Positions 1 to 9,778 of a stretch of DNA of 40,241 nt are shown in pieces. The stretch spans positions 1 through 40,241 of the forward strand of contig JAHBAO020000108.1 in assembly GCA_018500065.2 (NCBI GenBank). Direction: 5' to 3'. Within the stretch, counting starts at the first letter, position 1, and each line of letters begins with the position of its first letter. Below the pieces are notes generated by a model. That model saw nothing but the letters and a program-made list of their open reading frames with translations. It did no database searches and had not been told where the DNA came from. The DNA is from Octadecabacter sp. Its GTDB lineage: Bacteria; Pseudomonadota; Alphaproteobacteria; Rhodobacterales; Rhodobacteraceae. Position numbers and translations under genes: made by a program.

Positions 1-1586
1 CGAAAGATCCGCCCGACGGTCAGGGTGCTGTCCCAACCATTTGTGCCAACGCGGGTCCATGACAGTCCAGCGGCCCCGCGCAGCCCCGTTTCAACGGCGT
101 CTTCACCTGCGAAACGCGACAGGGTGAGCAGGTTGGCTTGGTCAAACTCAGTCGCGGTGCTGTCTTCGTTGATGACCGTGTCGCCCTGCAGATCCGACCA
201 TGCCAGCTGGACCATTGGTTCCAAAACATGTGTGGCGCGGGCGGTTTGGCGGATCATCGGATAGCGCAATGTGGTTTGCGCATAGATGGTGCTGCGCATG
301 GTGTCGTCCACAAGGCTGTCATCACTGACGTTGTAGTAGTCGAAATCAAAGCCGAGCGTTCCATCCACTACAAGGCCGTATTGTGTGACATGATCGTTGC
401 GAAACGCGGTGCCAAAACCGATGCGTGCAACATCGCGGCCAACAATATCCGTGCTGTCTGCGCGGTAATGGCTTTGCAGATCGGATGTGAAACTCATCGT
501 GCCGCCCCAGCTTGGTGTCAACCGCCGCTCCCAGCTCATGTTTGCTAGGGGGGGGTACAGCGTGGTCGCGCGTTCACCAGAGTGCAAAAAGCCGGTAAAG
601 GTAAGAGAGGCCTCAGTCAGTTCACGGTCATGGACACGGACACGTGCTAGTGTGACTTCACTATCAAGAAGATATCTACTCGAGTAATCGTATTCCTGCA
701 AATATGTATCATCAGAGGTGTATTCGATGCCAAACCTTAAGGTGATGTCTTTACCAAGATCGAAAACGCCTCTCGCATTAACATAGGCGCGCGCACCTGA
801 GGAGTTGTCATCATTTGTCAAGGCTGCCTCAATGGTGATGTCGCCGCGCGCAAAGGCCTGACGATAGGCGGCTTCTAGTGTGACTGTCGATGTGGACAAA
901 AACGGTGTGAGAGTCAGGTCGCGATGATCACCAAGCGGGATGAAATACGGAATTTTAATTCCTGATCCCAAACTCGTTGATGACACTAATTCAGGGATGA
1001 GGAAGCCCGTGGCGCGTGTCAGCGTCGGGTCAGGCAGGCGCATCCGTGGGAGCCAGAAGATCGGCACACCAACGACCCGAAAAGATGCATCGTCAAAATA
1101 AAGCTGCCGTTCGTCTTGATCATGGATCACGCGGCGGGCGCGGATTTCCCACAGCGGAGTCTCGCCGTTTGCACAGATGTGACAGGACGCTGCCGCGACC
1201 CGATATAGCTGGGTATAACGCCCTTCGACACGGTCAATTTGCGACGCGGCGAACTGCAGTTGTTCATCCAGCACCAAACGCGCGCCGCGCAGGATGCCGT
1301 TTCTAAGCTGCGGATCCAGCGAGGCGCTGTCGCCGGTGAAAATCATGCCGTCTGACCCTGTGACAAACAGCGGGCCTTCGATTGTCAGCCTGTCCGTGGC
1401 TTGATCAAATGTGATGCGCTGCGCGGAAAGGCGCGTGCCATCAAAGAACACTTCGACATTGCCCTGCGCAATAAGCTGCTGGCTGCCTGCAGGTACAAAA
1501 ACGCTATCGGCAACGAGTGTGGCGGCCCCTTGGGCAGAGGCAAGCATGGGCATAAGGGCAAGAAATATGGTGAGTAAGAAACGCAT
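1..1586 (-). CDS. lptD: LPS assembly outer-membrane protein LptD (3' end runs off the window)
   Basis: Not in the ORF track because there is no stop in the window. ATG at 1586 overlaps the lptG stop. Manual translation: MRFLLTIFLALMPMLASAQGAATLVADSV...GNVEVFFDGTRLSA...SCHICANGETPLWEIRARRVIHDQDERQLYF...GFLIP...IPYFIPLGDHRDLTLTP, i.e. signal peptide plus LptD motifs. Fits the lptF-lptG-lptD gene order. Confidence 0.93.
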   Translation of the reverse strand, partial: MRFLLTIFLALMPMLASAQGAATLVADSVFVPAGSQQLIAQGNVEVFFDGTRLSAQRITFDQATDRLTIEGPLFVTGSDGMIFTGDSASLDPQLRNGILRGARLVLDEQLQFAASQIDRVEGRYTQLYRVAAASCHICANGETPLWEIRARRVIHDQDERQLYFDDASFRVVGVPIFWLPRMRLPDPTLTRATGFLIPELVSSTSLGSGIKIPYFIPLGDHRDLTLTPFLSTSTVTLEAAYRQAFARGDITIEAALTNDDNSSGARAYVNARGVFDLGKDITLRFGIEYTSDDTYLQEYDYSSRYLLDSEVTLARVRVHDRELTEASLTFTGFLHSGERATTLYPPLANMSWERRLTPSWGGTMSFTSDLQSHYRADSTDIVGRDVARIGFGTAFRNDHVTQYGLVVDGTLGFDFDYYNVSDDSLVDDTMRSTIYAQTTLRYPMIRQTARATHVLEPMVQLAWSDLQGDTVINEDSTATEFDQANLLTLSRFAGEDAVETGLRGAAGLSWTRVGTNGWDSTLTVGRIF

Positions 1587-2680
1587 CAGCCGTCCTCAAG
1601 GTGTAACAAAAGGCCAAGGGACGCTGCGATGGCGGCAATTGGCGGGGCCCATGCCGCAAGTACTACGGGAATCTGCCCGTTTTCACCCAAGATTTGCGTG
1701 AAATTGCGCAGGAAGAAAAGTGCGAAACAGATCAGGATTGCCACAAGGACCATCACACCCGTCTTGCCGCCGCGTTGATGGCGCATTGTGAAGCCCGCGC
1801 CGATCAGAACCATTGCCACTAAGAATGCCGGAAGCGCGAGTTCCATTTGCAACCAGACTTGGTGACGCGTAGCTGAAAAGCCCGCAACTTCAAGGCGATC
1901 AATAAACGCAGGGAGATCCCAGATTGGGATGGAAGACGGTACACCGAAACTGTCGCGGATCTCATCCGCGGTGAGAGTCGAGGGAATACGCAGTGTGGCG
2001 TGGATTGTCGCCCATTGTTCTGCAACACGGTTGTCGTCCAATGTCCAGACTTTCGCGTCCGTCAATTCCCAGGCATCGCTCAACAGCGTGGCAGAGGCGG
2101 CCTCAATGCGCCGTGTTGGGCCACTTTCCGGGACAAATGTGATGAAGGTGACGTTTCGCAGTTCTGTTCCATCTAGGTTTGTGCCCGCGGCGCGGATCAC
2201 GGTTTGGGTTGTGTCGCTGCCTTGGCGCAACCAAAGCCCGTTTGCAGAAATAGACAAGACAGACGATGCACCTGAACGCAGGGCGGTTTCACGGGATTCG
2301 AACTCTTTTGAGGTCGCGGCGACGATCGGGTTAAACACGCCAATGGTGATCGCGCCAATGATGACCGTCACAAAGAGTGGGGCGAGGAGTGCACGAAGCG
2401 CAGATCGACCAGCCGCGCGGGTCACCACCAATTCAGATGATCGTGACAAGCCAAGGAACATCGCCAGCGTTGCCAACGCGGTGATCAGCGGCAGGATGCC
2501 ATAAAGGCCGCTAGGAAGGTTCAGCAAGCTTAGCTGAAGCAAGTCCCAAAAGCCCGCAGTTCCGCCAAAACGCCGCAACTGTTCTACCAGATCAATCAGC
2601 ACCATTAGAATGAAGAACGACCCGAACGTGGCCGCATAGGTCCATGCAAAGCGGCGGGCGAAATAGCGGTGCAGAATCAT
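1586..2680 (-). CDS. lptG: LPS export ABC transporter permease LptG
   Basis: Likely start MILHRYFARRF (ATG 2680, overlapping the lptF stop). Motifs SRSSELVVTRAAGRS and LAAWAP; YjgP/YjgQ-type topology. Confidence 0.92.
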   Translation of the reverse strand: MILHRYFARRFAWTYAATFGSFFILMVLIDLVEQLRRFGGTAGFWDLLQLSLLNLPSGLYGILPLITALATLAMFLGLSRSSELVVTRAAGRSALRALLAPLFVTVIIGAITIGVFNPIVAATSKEFESRETALRSGASSVLSISANGLWLRQGSDTTQTVIRAAGTNLDGTELRNVTFITFVPESGPTRRIEAASATLLSDAWELTDAKVWTLDDNRVAEQWATIHATLRIPSTLTADEIRDSFGVPSSIPIWDLPAFIDRLEVAGFSATRHQVWLQMELALPAFLVAMVLIGAGFTMRHQRGGKTGVMVLVAILICFALFFLRNFTQILGENGQIPVVLAAWAPPIAAIAASLGLLLHLEDG

Positions 2681-3816
2681 GGGGTTACCCCGCTGGCCAG
2701 TGCTTTGGGACGACGTTTGAAGAAATAGGGACGCGATGAAATGTAAAGTAGCGCCAAGGATATGACAGTCCCGCCAATCCCTGCGAGGTAAACGAACGGC
2801 CACAAGGCCTCAGAACCGCGCGCGATGTTGGTGCCGGTGCTTTCTAGCACTTTCAACAAGATCACCAGACCAACGGCGAAAACGATATAGCGCCAAAGCC
2901 CAAAGCGGCTGAACCCACCGACAATCAGTGCCGAGAACCCAAGGAGCCCCGCGACAAACCCGAGGGCTGCTTGCGCAATGCGGTCGTGGCCACGGATTTT
3001 CAGGCTGAGCGCGGATTGCCGCGTGGACGCCAAAATTTCGGGGGTCGGGTTCAGCAGGGCCCAAGTCGACAGGCCATTTACCGTCGTAGATCGCGCGGTG
3101 ACTTCACCGATTAACCCGCCAACATCATAGGCAAAGTCATCGAAGTCCGTGGTGAGCAAGCGATTGGTCTCAAGGTTCAACGATTGCGTAAGGCCGTCAA
3201 CCATCACCAATTGCGGGCCGTTGTCTGTGCGCACAAGATAAGCACGCGAGGCAGTGTAGGTTGTGCGTTGGGTCGCAGAGGAGGCTTCTGAAATGAAGAC
3301 ATCCGACATTTCACCGTTCGGGGATACTTCGCCAATGTAGAACGTTACATCCGGATTGGGCGTCAGGAATTCGCCGGGGGTAAAAAGGCGCGCGGTCATG
3401 TTTTGTGAAATCTCGGATTGGCGCAGGATCAGGCGTTCTGTGGACAAGGGTACAAGCACGTGTGTGAGGATCGACATCAACACAGCAACGATCAGACCGA
3501 AGTACACAACGGGGCGTGCAAGGCGGAAGGGGGAATATCCGGTTGCCTGAACGACTGTAAGCTCTGATTCCGAGGACATCCGATTGGTGACGTAAACGGC
3601 CGCCACAAACGCAGAGAGCGGCAAAACGATGCGAATGATGCCGGGAAGGGACAGCGATGTGAGTTCTAAAAACACCCATGCGGACTGACCATCTGCGATC
3701 AGGCGGTCAAACAGGCTTACGGCGCGATTGATCCAGTAGATCAACACAAGGATAAGCGAAAAGAAGCCAAACAAGACAAGGAGTTGCGACAGCATATAGC
3801 GGTCAAATCTCCCCAC
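2677..3816 (-). CDS. lptF: LPS export ABC transporter permease LptF
   Basis: Likely GTG start at 3816 (MGRFDRYMLSQLL) after a G-rich RBS. Motif ESELTVVQATGYSPFRLARP; tandem with lptG. Confidence 0.92.
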   Translation of the reverse strand: MGRFDRYMLSQLLVLFGFFSLILVLIYWINRAVSLFDRLIADGQSAWVFLELTSLSLPGIIRIVLPLSAFVAAVYVTNRMSSESELTVVQATGYSPFRLARPVVYFGLIVAVLMSILTHVLVPLSTERLILRQSEISQNMTARLFTPGEFLTPNPDVTFYIGEVSPNGEMSDVFISEASSATQRTTYTASRAYLVRTDNGPQLVMVDGLTQSLNLETNRLLTTDFDDFAYDVGGLIGEVTARSTTVNGLSTWALLNPTPEILASTRQSALSLKIRGHDRIAQAALGFVAGLLGFSALIVGGFSRFGLWRYIVFAVGLVILLKVLESTGTNIARGSEALWPFVYLAGIGGTVISLALLYISSRPYFFKRRPKALASGVTP

Positions 3817-3960
3817 AGCTTGTGCCCCCCTTAATTGACATACCGAACGTGACAACTTGCTACCCCATTTGGCGGGCAGACCCAAGTGCTGTCTGGCCTT
3901 TGCCTAAGGCGCAAGCTACCAATTGCCCAAAGACGAAATTCACAACCCAACAGGTGTTCC

Positions 3961-5430
3961 ATGACTGACCTTCCCAAGCTGACAATTTCCGAAACAAACC
4001 TGACCGAACTGGCCACGCGCGAAGGCGCGATTGCTGTGTTTGTCACGCCAGATAACGCCCTGGATCAGGGCGCGCGCAAAGTGAACGGATTGAGCAAAAA
4101 GGGGATCATGCGGGCCGTGCACAATGCGCAGTTTGCCAAGGCCAAAGTTGGGGAGGCGGTCGAACTGTCTTATCCAATCGGTCTGGCTGCGCGCAAAGTG
4201 ATCGTCGTGAAGCTGCCACGTCGTCCATCTGTTGAAGAAGCCCGTAAGGCTGGGGCATCTATCGCCAAGGCCCGTGGTGACGCTGATGTGTTGATCTTGG
4301 GCGGCAATATCGGGCGCATGGAACAGGTCGCACTGGGGTGCGCGCTGCGGGGCTATACGTTCACACCGCATAAAACCGGCGATCAAGACGCGCTGGGCAA
4401 CATCGATCTTATGGTGAACGCACCTGCTGATTTTCAGGCGGCGGCTGATGCGGAAATGGCCGTGGCAGAAGGCGTTGTTTTCACACGTGATTTGACGAAC
4501 GAGCCGGCCAACGTTCTCACCACCACGGAATTTGCAGACCGCTTGGTTGAGCTTGAAAAGCTTGGCATGACGGTCGAGGTTCTGGAAGAAGATGCGCTTG
4601 AAAAGCTTGGCATGGGATCGCTTCTTAGCGTTGGACATGGCTCTGCCAGCCCGTCCAAGGTTGTGGTGATGCAGTGGAATGGCGGCGGTGATGAAGCGCC
4701 ATTTGCGCTGGTCGGGAAGGGCGTCGTGTTTGATACGGGCGGTATTTCCCTGAAGCCGGCGGCGGGCATGGAAGATATGACGATGGATATGGGCGGCGCG
4801 GGCGTTGTGTCAGGCGTGATGAAGACGTTGGCGCTGCGCAAGGCGAAGGCCAATGTTGTTGGGCTTGTGGGCCTTGTTGAAAACATGCCGTCTGATCGCG
4901 CGACGCGCCCCGGCGATGTGGTGACATCCATGAAAGGCGACACAATTGAAGTGATCAACACGGATGCCGAAGGGCGTTTGGTTCTGGCCGATGTGATCTG
5001 GTACGCGCAAGAACGGTTCGCGCCGACGGGCATCATCAACCTCGCCACGTTGACGGGGGCTGTGATCATCGCGCTGGGCCATGAAAATGCAGGCGTATTT
5101 TCCAATAACGACGAGCTGACGAAAGGCTTCATGAAAGCGGCCTACGCCGAGGGCGAGGGCGCGTGGCGTTTGCCAATGTCAGCCGCCTATGATGCCAAGC
5201 TGAAGTCGCGGATTGCCGATATGAAAAACGTTGGCGGGCGCGATGCGGGGTCGATCACGGCGGCGCAATTCATCCGCCGGTTCGTCAAGGAAGACATGCC
5301 TTGGATCCATCTGGATATCGCGGGCGTGGCGTCGGTCAAGGCAGAAACCGCGCTGGCACCCGCGGGCGCGACAGGTTGGGGTGTCATGGCAATTAACCGC
5401 TTTATCGCAAATGGTTACGAGACGGAGTGA
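3961..5430 (+). CDS. pepA: Leucyl aminopeptidase (M17)
   Basis: Metal-binding motifs VGKGVVFDTGGISLK, DMGGAG, NTDAEGRL and WIHLDIAG. ATG at 3961 preferred over the upstream alternative start. Confidence 0.96.
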   Translation: MTDLPKLTISETNLTELATREGAIAVFVTPDNALDQGARKVNGLSKKGIMRAVHNAQFAKAKVGEAVELSYPIGLAARKVIVVKLPRRPSVEEARKAGASIAKARGDADVLILGGNIGRMEQVALGCALRGYTFTPHKTGDQDALGNIDLMVNAPADFQAAADAEMAVAEGVVFTRDLTNEPANVLTTTEFADRLVELEKLGMTVEVLEEDALEKLGMGSLLSVGHGSASPSKVVVMQWNGGGDEAPFALVGKGVVFDTGGISLKPAAGMEDMTMDMGGAGVVSGVMKTLALRKAKANVVGLVGLVENMPSDRATRPGDVVTSMKGDTIEVINTDAEGRLVLADVIWYAQERFAPTGIINLATLTGAVIIALGHENAGVFSNNDELTKGFMKAAYAEGEGAWRLPMSAAYDAKLKSRIADMKNVGGRDAGSITAAQFIRRFVKEDMPWIHLDIAGVASVKAETALAPAGATGWGVMAINRFIANGYETE

Positions 5431-5436
5431 ATGTAA

Positions 5437-5895
5437 GTGGGTGCTGCATACTTCTATCACCTGACAAGTGCATCGTTGGAACAGACGCTCCCGATGTTGC
5501 TTGAGAAATCCCGCGGTGCGGGGTGGGTGGTAGAGGTGCGCGGTGTTGATCGCGCTGCGATGGAGCGCCTTGATCAAGCGCTCTGGGGCGGACCACCGGA
5601 GGCGTTTTTGGCGCACGGCTTGGCGGGTGGGGACCAAGACGCGGATCAGCCCATTTTGCTAACTTCGGGTGAGAGCGCTGCGAACGCGCCAAGCTGTTTG
5701 ATGTCGGTTCATGGCGCTGACATCAGCGCCGATGAAGTAAACGCGGCTGAGCGGGTTTGTGTGCTGTTTGACGGCCATGACGGGGACGCCTTGGCCAAGG
5801 CGCGCACCCAGTGGAAAACCCTGACGGATGCCGGGTGTTCGGCACAATATTGGTCGCAGGATTCGGGCCGTTGGGAAAAGAAGGCCGAGAAGTAG
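5437..5895 (+). CDS. holC: DNA polymerase III subunit chi
   Basis: AYFYHLT..LPMLLEKS, LDQALW..FLAHG, ARTQWK; canonical position after pepA. Confidence 0.93.
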   Translation: MGAAYFYHLTSASLEQTLPMLLEKSRGAGWVVEVRGVDRAAMERLDQALWGGPPEAFLAHGLAGGDQDADQPILLTSGESAANAPSCLMSVHGADISADEVNAAERVCVLFDGHDGDALAKARTQWKTLTDAGCSAQYWSQDSGRWEKKAEK

Positions 5896-5896
5896 C

Positions 5897-5940
5897 CAAA
5901 TCCTTTGAAAGGATTTGAACAAAGTCATTTGAAGACTTTG
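5897..5940. repeat. Double palindrome (REP-like element / possible bidirectional terminator)
   Basis: CAAATCCTTTGAAAGGATTTG (5897-5917) and CAAAGTC-ATTTGAA-GACTTTG (5920-5940) between convergent genes; a related element lies at 16365-16409. Confidence 0.6.
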
Positions 5941-5944
5941 GCTT

Positions 5945-6517
5945 TTAGCGGTTCAGTATCAACACATCGCGGCGGATTTCGATACTTTCGAACCGGCTGA
6001 GGTAAGACATGCCGAGCAATGATCCTTCCATGTCACCGGAATTCACGCTGGCGCGCACTCGGGTGTCGCGCATGTCGCCCAGATCAACCGTATCCAAGCG
6101 CACAGGCGCGGTCGCGACCTCGCCGTTGGCGGTGAAGGCTGTGCCGATGAAGGCAAGGGAGTCTGGATCCAGCCCGACACGGGCTGCGTCTTCTTGGGTG
6201 AGGACCACTTGGCTTGCACCCGTGTCGATCAGGAAATCAACGGGAACGCCGTTGATCCGCAGGGTCAGTCTGAAGTGATTGTCACGGCCTTTGGGAACCT
6301 CAATGCGACTGCCGATGAAGGTCGGGTCGCGTTGAACGAAGGTGCTTGAAGCCGTGTCCAACTGGCTGGAAAACATGAACATGCCGCCAAAAATGGCAAT
6401 CCATATCAAAGCGTTACGCAGTTGTGTGCTGTTGTTTAGGATAGATCCCAACAAAGACAGCCCAAGAATGATGAGGAATGCGAGCGCGATAAGTTGTCCT
6501 GCGTCCAGCCCAAACAT
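5945..6517 (-). CDS. Retropepsin-like clan AA aspartic protease (TIGR02281-type), membrane anchored
   Basis: FLIDTGASQVVL catalytic motif, SLLGMSYL, two N-terminal hydrophobic helices. Confidence 0.9.
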   Translation of the reverse strand: MFGLDAGQLIALAFLIILGLSLLGSILNNSTQLRNALIWIAIFGGMFMFSSQLDTASSTFVQRDPTFIGSRIEVPKGRDNHFRLTLRINGVPVDFLIDTGASQVVLTQEDAARVGLDPDSLAFIGTAFTANGEVATAPVRLDTVDLGDMRDTRVRASVNSGDMEGSLLGMSYLSRFESIEIRRDVLILNR

Positions 6518-6523
6518 ACGCGC

Positions 6524-7150
6524 CTAGCTACCCAGTCCGAAAGAGCGCAGCCCGTCGAGGACGAATTGCACCGAAAGCGCGGCGAGCAGCATTCCCAAAA
6601 GACGTGTCACAACAGTAATACCCGTCTTTCCAAGCAGGCGTTCGATCGCGGAAGAACCGAGGAACAGCACAAAAACAATGGCGAGAACGGCCAGTAGAAC
6701 GCCCATGACAGCGAAAAACCCAACGGTGCCGCTGGTTTGGCCAACGAGCAAGATAATTGTTGCGATTGCACCGGGCCCAGCGATGAGCGGAATGGCGAGG
6801 GGGAAGACGGATGGGTCGTCATCGTGGTTTTCGTCTTCTTCTTCAGCGGTATCTTCGCGGCGCTTTTGGCGGCGTTCAAACAACATATCGAGGGCAGTAA
6901 GGAAAAGCAGGATACCGCCCGCAATGCGGAATGCGGGCATGGAAATTCCGGCGAAGGTTAAAATGCCGGTTCCAAACAGCGCGAACAGCAACAGAATGCC
7001 GATCGAGACCGCGCAGGATCGGATTGCGATTGCGCGGCGTTTTTGGTGCGACATGCCCGCGGTGAGGGCGACAAAAAGTGGCGCAAGACCGATGGGGTCG
7101 ATGACCACAAAGAGCGCGACAAAGGCGGTTATGAGGAAGTTGGGATCCAT
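6524..7150 (-). CDS. MarC family membrane protein
   Basis: LFVVIDPIG, AFRIAGGILL, FPLAIPLIAGPGAI, TRLLGMLLAALSVQF. Confidence 0.93.
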   Translation of the reverse strand: MDPNFLITAFVALFVVIDPIGLAPLFVALTAGMSHQKRRAIAIRSCAVSIGILLLFALFGTGILTFAGISMPAFRIAGGILLFLTALDMLFERRQKRREDTAEEEDENHDDDPSVFPLAIPLIAGPGAIATIILLVGQTSGTVGFFAVMGVLLAVLAIVFVLFLGSSAIERLLGKTGITVVTRLLGMLLAALSVQFVLDGLRSFGLGS

Positions 7151-7241
7151 GTTGGTGATCCTTTACGGGCGATGCGTCCTGCGCAAGGGGCGGAGCCTCC
7201 GGCGGGGATATTTTTGAAACAAAGGCAAGGTGAAGAAACGG

Positions 7242-9098
7242 TTAGGATTTCTCGGCGGCGTCGAGTTTCTCCAAAGCCAACATCCAAAGGCTTTCGGCCT
7301 TTTTTAGAGCCTCACGGACTTCCGCGTATTTGCGGTTCCATGTTTCCAACTCACCTTTGCGTCCGTCCTCGTAAAGAACCGGATCGGCCAGCTTCTTGGA
7401 TAGCTTGTCGGCCATGTCGTTGATTTTATTGACGCGATCTTCGCATTTGCGCACTTCGGCTTTCATAGCAAGCAGCTGGTCGCGCGAGGCTTTCGGCTTG
7501 GCTGGCTTCTTAGGCTTTTCTTTGTCGGCCTTGCGGGTGTCGGGCGTGAGCAGCATTTTGCGGTAGGCCTGAAGGTCGTCGTCGTAGGTCGCGACGCGGC
7601 CGTCTTTAACCAGCCAAAGGCGATCGGCGACCATCGACAAAAGGTGCATGTCGTGGCTGACGAGGATCACAGCGCCCGTATAGGCGGTGAGGGCTTCGAC
7701 GAGCGCTTCGCGCGATTCGATGTCGAGGTGGTTGGTCGGCTCATCAAGGATAAGCAGGTGCGGCGCATCGAGCGTTGCCAGCAACAGCGACAGACGGGCC
7801 TTTTGGCCACCTGACAAACGGCCTACTTCGGTTTCGGCTTGGTCTGCGCCAAGGCCAAATCCAGCCAAACGCGCGCGCAGTTTTGCACCGCCTTCTTTGC
7901 CGCGTTCACGGAAGAGGTGATCAAGTGGGGTTTCATCGACGTAGAGTTCGTCCACCTGATGTTGCGCAAAGAAACCGATGCGCAGCTTGTTGGAAGAGGC
8001 AAACTTGCCGCCCATTTTTTCAAGGCGACCGGAAAGCAATTTGGACAGTGTCGATTTGCCTTCCCCGTTGCGGCCCAGCAGTGCGATGCGATCATCTTGG
8101 TCAATGCGCAGGTCGAGTTTATCCAGAACGATTGTTTCGCCGTAGCCGACGGATACGCCCTCGGTTGCGATGATCGGCGGCGAGAGTTCCTCGGGTTTGG
8201 GGAACGTGAAAACCGTGCGGGCCGCGTCTTCTGGTGCACGAATTGTTTCCATTTTTTCAAGGGCTTTGACGCGGGATTGCGCTTGCTTTGCCTTGGAAGC
8301 CTTGGCTTTGAAGCGATCGACAAAGGCCTGCAAGTGGGCGCGCTTGGCGTCCTGTTTCTTGGCGGCAGAAGCCAACAATGCACGTTTTTCAGCGCGTTGT
8401 TTTACGAACATGTCGTAGTTGCCGGTGTAATAGATCAGGCCTTTGTCTTCGAGGTGCAGTATGCCACCCACCGAGCGGTTCAGCAATTCGCGGTCGTGGG
8501 ACACGATCAGCACGGTGTGCGGATATTTGACAAGATACGCCTCAAGCCAAAGGGCGCCTTCAAGGTCGAGGTAGTTGGTCGGTTCATCCAGCAGCAGCAG
8601 GTCCGGCTCTGAGAACAGCACAGCGGCGAGGGCCACGCGCATACGCCAGCCACCTGAGAAGGCAGAGCACGGCTGAAGCTGTTCAGACGCCGTGAAGCCC
8701 AGACCTTTGAGGATGGAAGACGCGCGGGCTTCGGCGGACCATGCGTCAATATCTGTCAGGCGGTTTTGAATGTCTGCGATGCGGTTCGGATCGGTGGCGG
8801 TTTCCGCTTCGGCAAGCAGGTTCACGCGCTCAACATCTGCGGCAAGCACTGTGTTGATCAAGGACACTTCGTTGCCAGGTACTTCCTGAGACACGCCACC
8901 GATTTTCCAATCCTTCGGTATATCGATTTCGCCGGTATCCAGAACCATTTCGCCCCGAATGATGCGAAACAGCGTCGTCTTGCCCGTACCGTTGCGTCCC
9001 ACAAGGCCAACCTTGTGGCCTGCAGGAATGGTGACGGATGTGTTTTCCAGCAAAGTACGGCCGGCAACGGAGTATGTGATTTCTTTAATGCGTAACAT
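7242..9098 (-). CDS. ABC-F family ATPase (ribosome-associated, YheS/Uup-like)
   Basis: Two NBDs: GRNGTGKT / FSGGWRMR / LLLDEPTN and GRNGEGKS / LSGGQK / LILDEPTN. No TM segments; C-terminal coiled coil. Confidence 0.94.
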   Translation of the reverse strand: MLRIKEITYSVAGRTLLENTSVTIPAGHKVGLVGRNGTGKTTLFRIIRGEMVLDTGEIDIPKDWKIGGVSQEVPGNEVSLINTVLAADVERVNLLAEAETATDPNRIADIQNRLTDIDAWSAEARASSILKGLGFTASEQLQPCSAFSGGWRMRVALAAVLFSEPDLLLLDEPTNYLDLEGALWLEAYLVKYPHTVLIVSHDRELLNRSVGGILHLEDKGLIYYTGNYDMFVKQRAEKRALLASAAKKQDAKRAHLQAFVDRFKAKASKAKQAQSRVKALEKMETIRAPEDAARTVFTFPKPEELSPPIIATEGVSVGYGETIVLDKLDLRIDQDDRIALLGRNGEGKSTLSKLLSGRLEKMGGKFASSNKLRIGFFAQHQVDELYVDETPLDHLFRERGKEGGAKLRARLAGFGLGADQAETEVGRLSGGQKARLSLLLATLDAPHLLILDEPTNHLDIESREALVEALTAYTGAVILVSHDMHLLSMVADRLWLVKDGRVATYDDDLQAYRKMLLTPDTRKADKEKPKKPAKPKASRDQLLAMKAEVRKCEDRVNKINDMADKLSKKLADPVLYEDGRKGELETWNRKYAEVREALKKAESLWMLALEKLDAAEKS

Positions 9099-9204
9099 GA
9101 GGGGGCAGTGCCACGGGTGGCGGGGGGCGTCAATCAGGTGTTTTCAAGTGCGATAACCCGTGCTAGCACGCGGCCAATTCATTCAACCCACATGAGGTCC
9201 TCAA

Positions 9205-9627
9205 ATGGCTATTCAGCGCACTTTCTCTATTATCAAACCAGACGCAACAAAGCGTAACCTGACAGGCGCGATTGCTGCCAAGTTCGAAGAAGCTGGCCTG
9301 CGCATCGTCGCATCCAAGCGTATCCAGCTGTCCCTCGCGCAGGCACAAACATTTTACGGCGTTCACTCTGAGCGTCCGTTCTTCGGCGAACTCTGCGAAT
9401 TCATGATCTCCGAGCCAATTGTTGTTCAGGTTCTGGAAGGCGAAGACGCCATCGCGAAGAACCGCGAAGTTATGGGTGCAACAAACCCTGCGGATGCAGC
9501 AGACGGCACAATCCGTAAGGAATTCGCACTGTCCATCGGTGAAAACTCTGTGCACGGGTCCGACGCGCCAGAAACAGCAGCAGAAGAAATCGCATTCTTC
9601 TTCTCCGGCCTTGAGCTGGTCGGCTAA
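9205..9627 (+). CDS. ndk: Nucleoside diphosphate kinase
   Basis: [27 protein letters not shown] (catalytic His); GAGG RBS upstream. Confidence 0.98.
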   Translation: MAIQRTFSIIKPDATKRNLTGAIAAKFEEAGLRIVASKRIQLSLAQAQTFYGVHSERPFFGELCEFMISEPIVVQVLEGEDAIAKNREVMGATNPADAADGTIRKEFALSIGENSVHGSDAPETAAEEIAFFFSGLELVG

Positions 9628-9646
9628 GCCACTTAGCATTTGATTT

Positions 9647-9683
9647 AAGGGCCCCGCTGGAGTGATCTGGCGGGGCCTTTTTT
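9647..9683 (+). terminator. Rho-independent terminator after ndk
   Basis: GGCCCCGCTGG-AGTGAT-CTGGCGGGGCC followed by TTTTTT. Confidence 0.85.
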
Positions 9684-9778
9684 ATTGGCACCGCGACGAA
9701 CCCGAGGCTTTCGCCTCGCGCCTGACGCGGATCGCGCTCCGGTTCGGAGCGAGGGTCGTGATCGAATTTGGAGAACTT

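Noticed and set aside
20-1701. Short ORFs in the track over 1-1700
   Set aside because: All are shadows of lptD, which is open on the minus strand from 1586 to the window edge.
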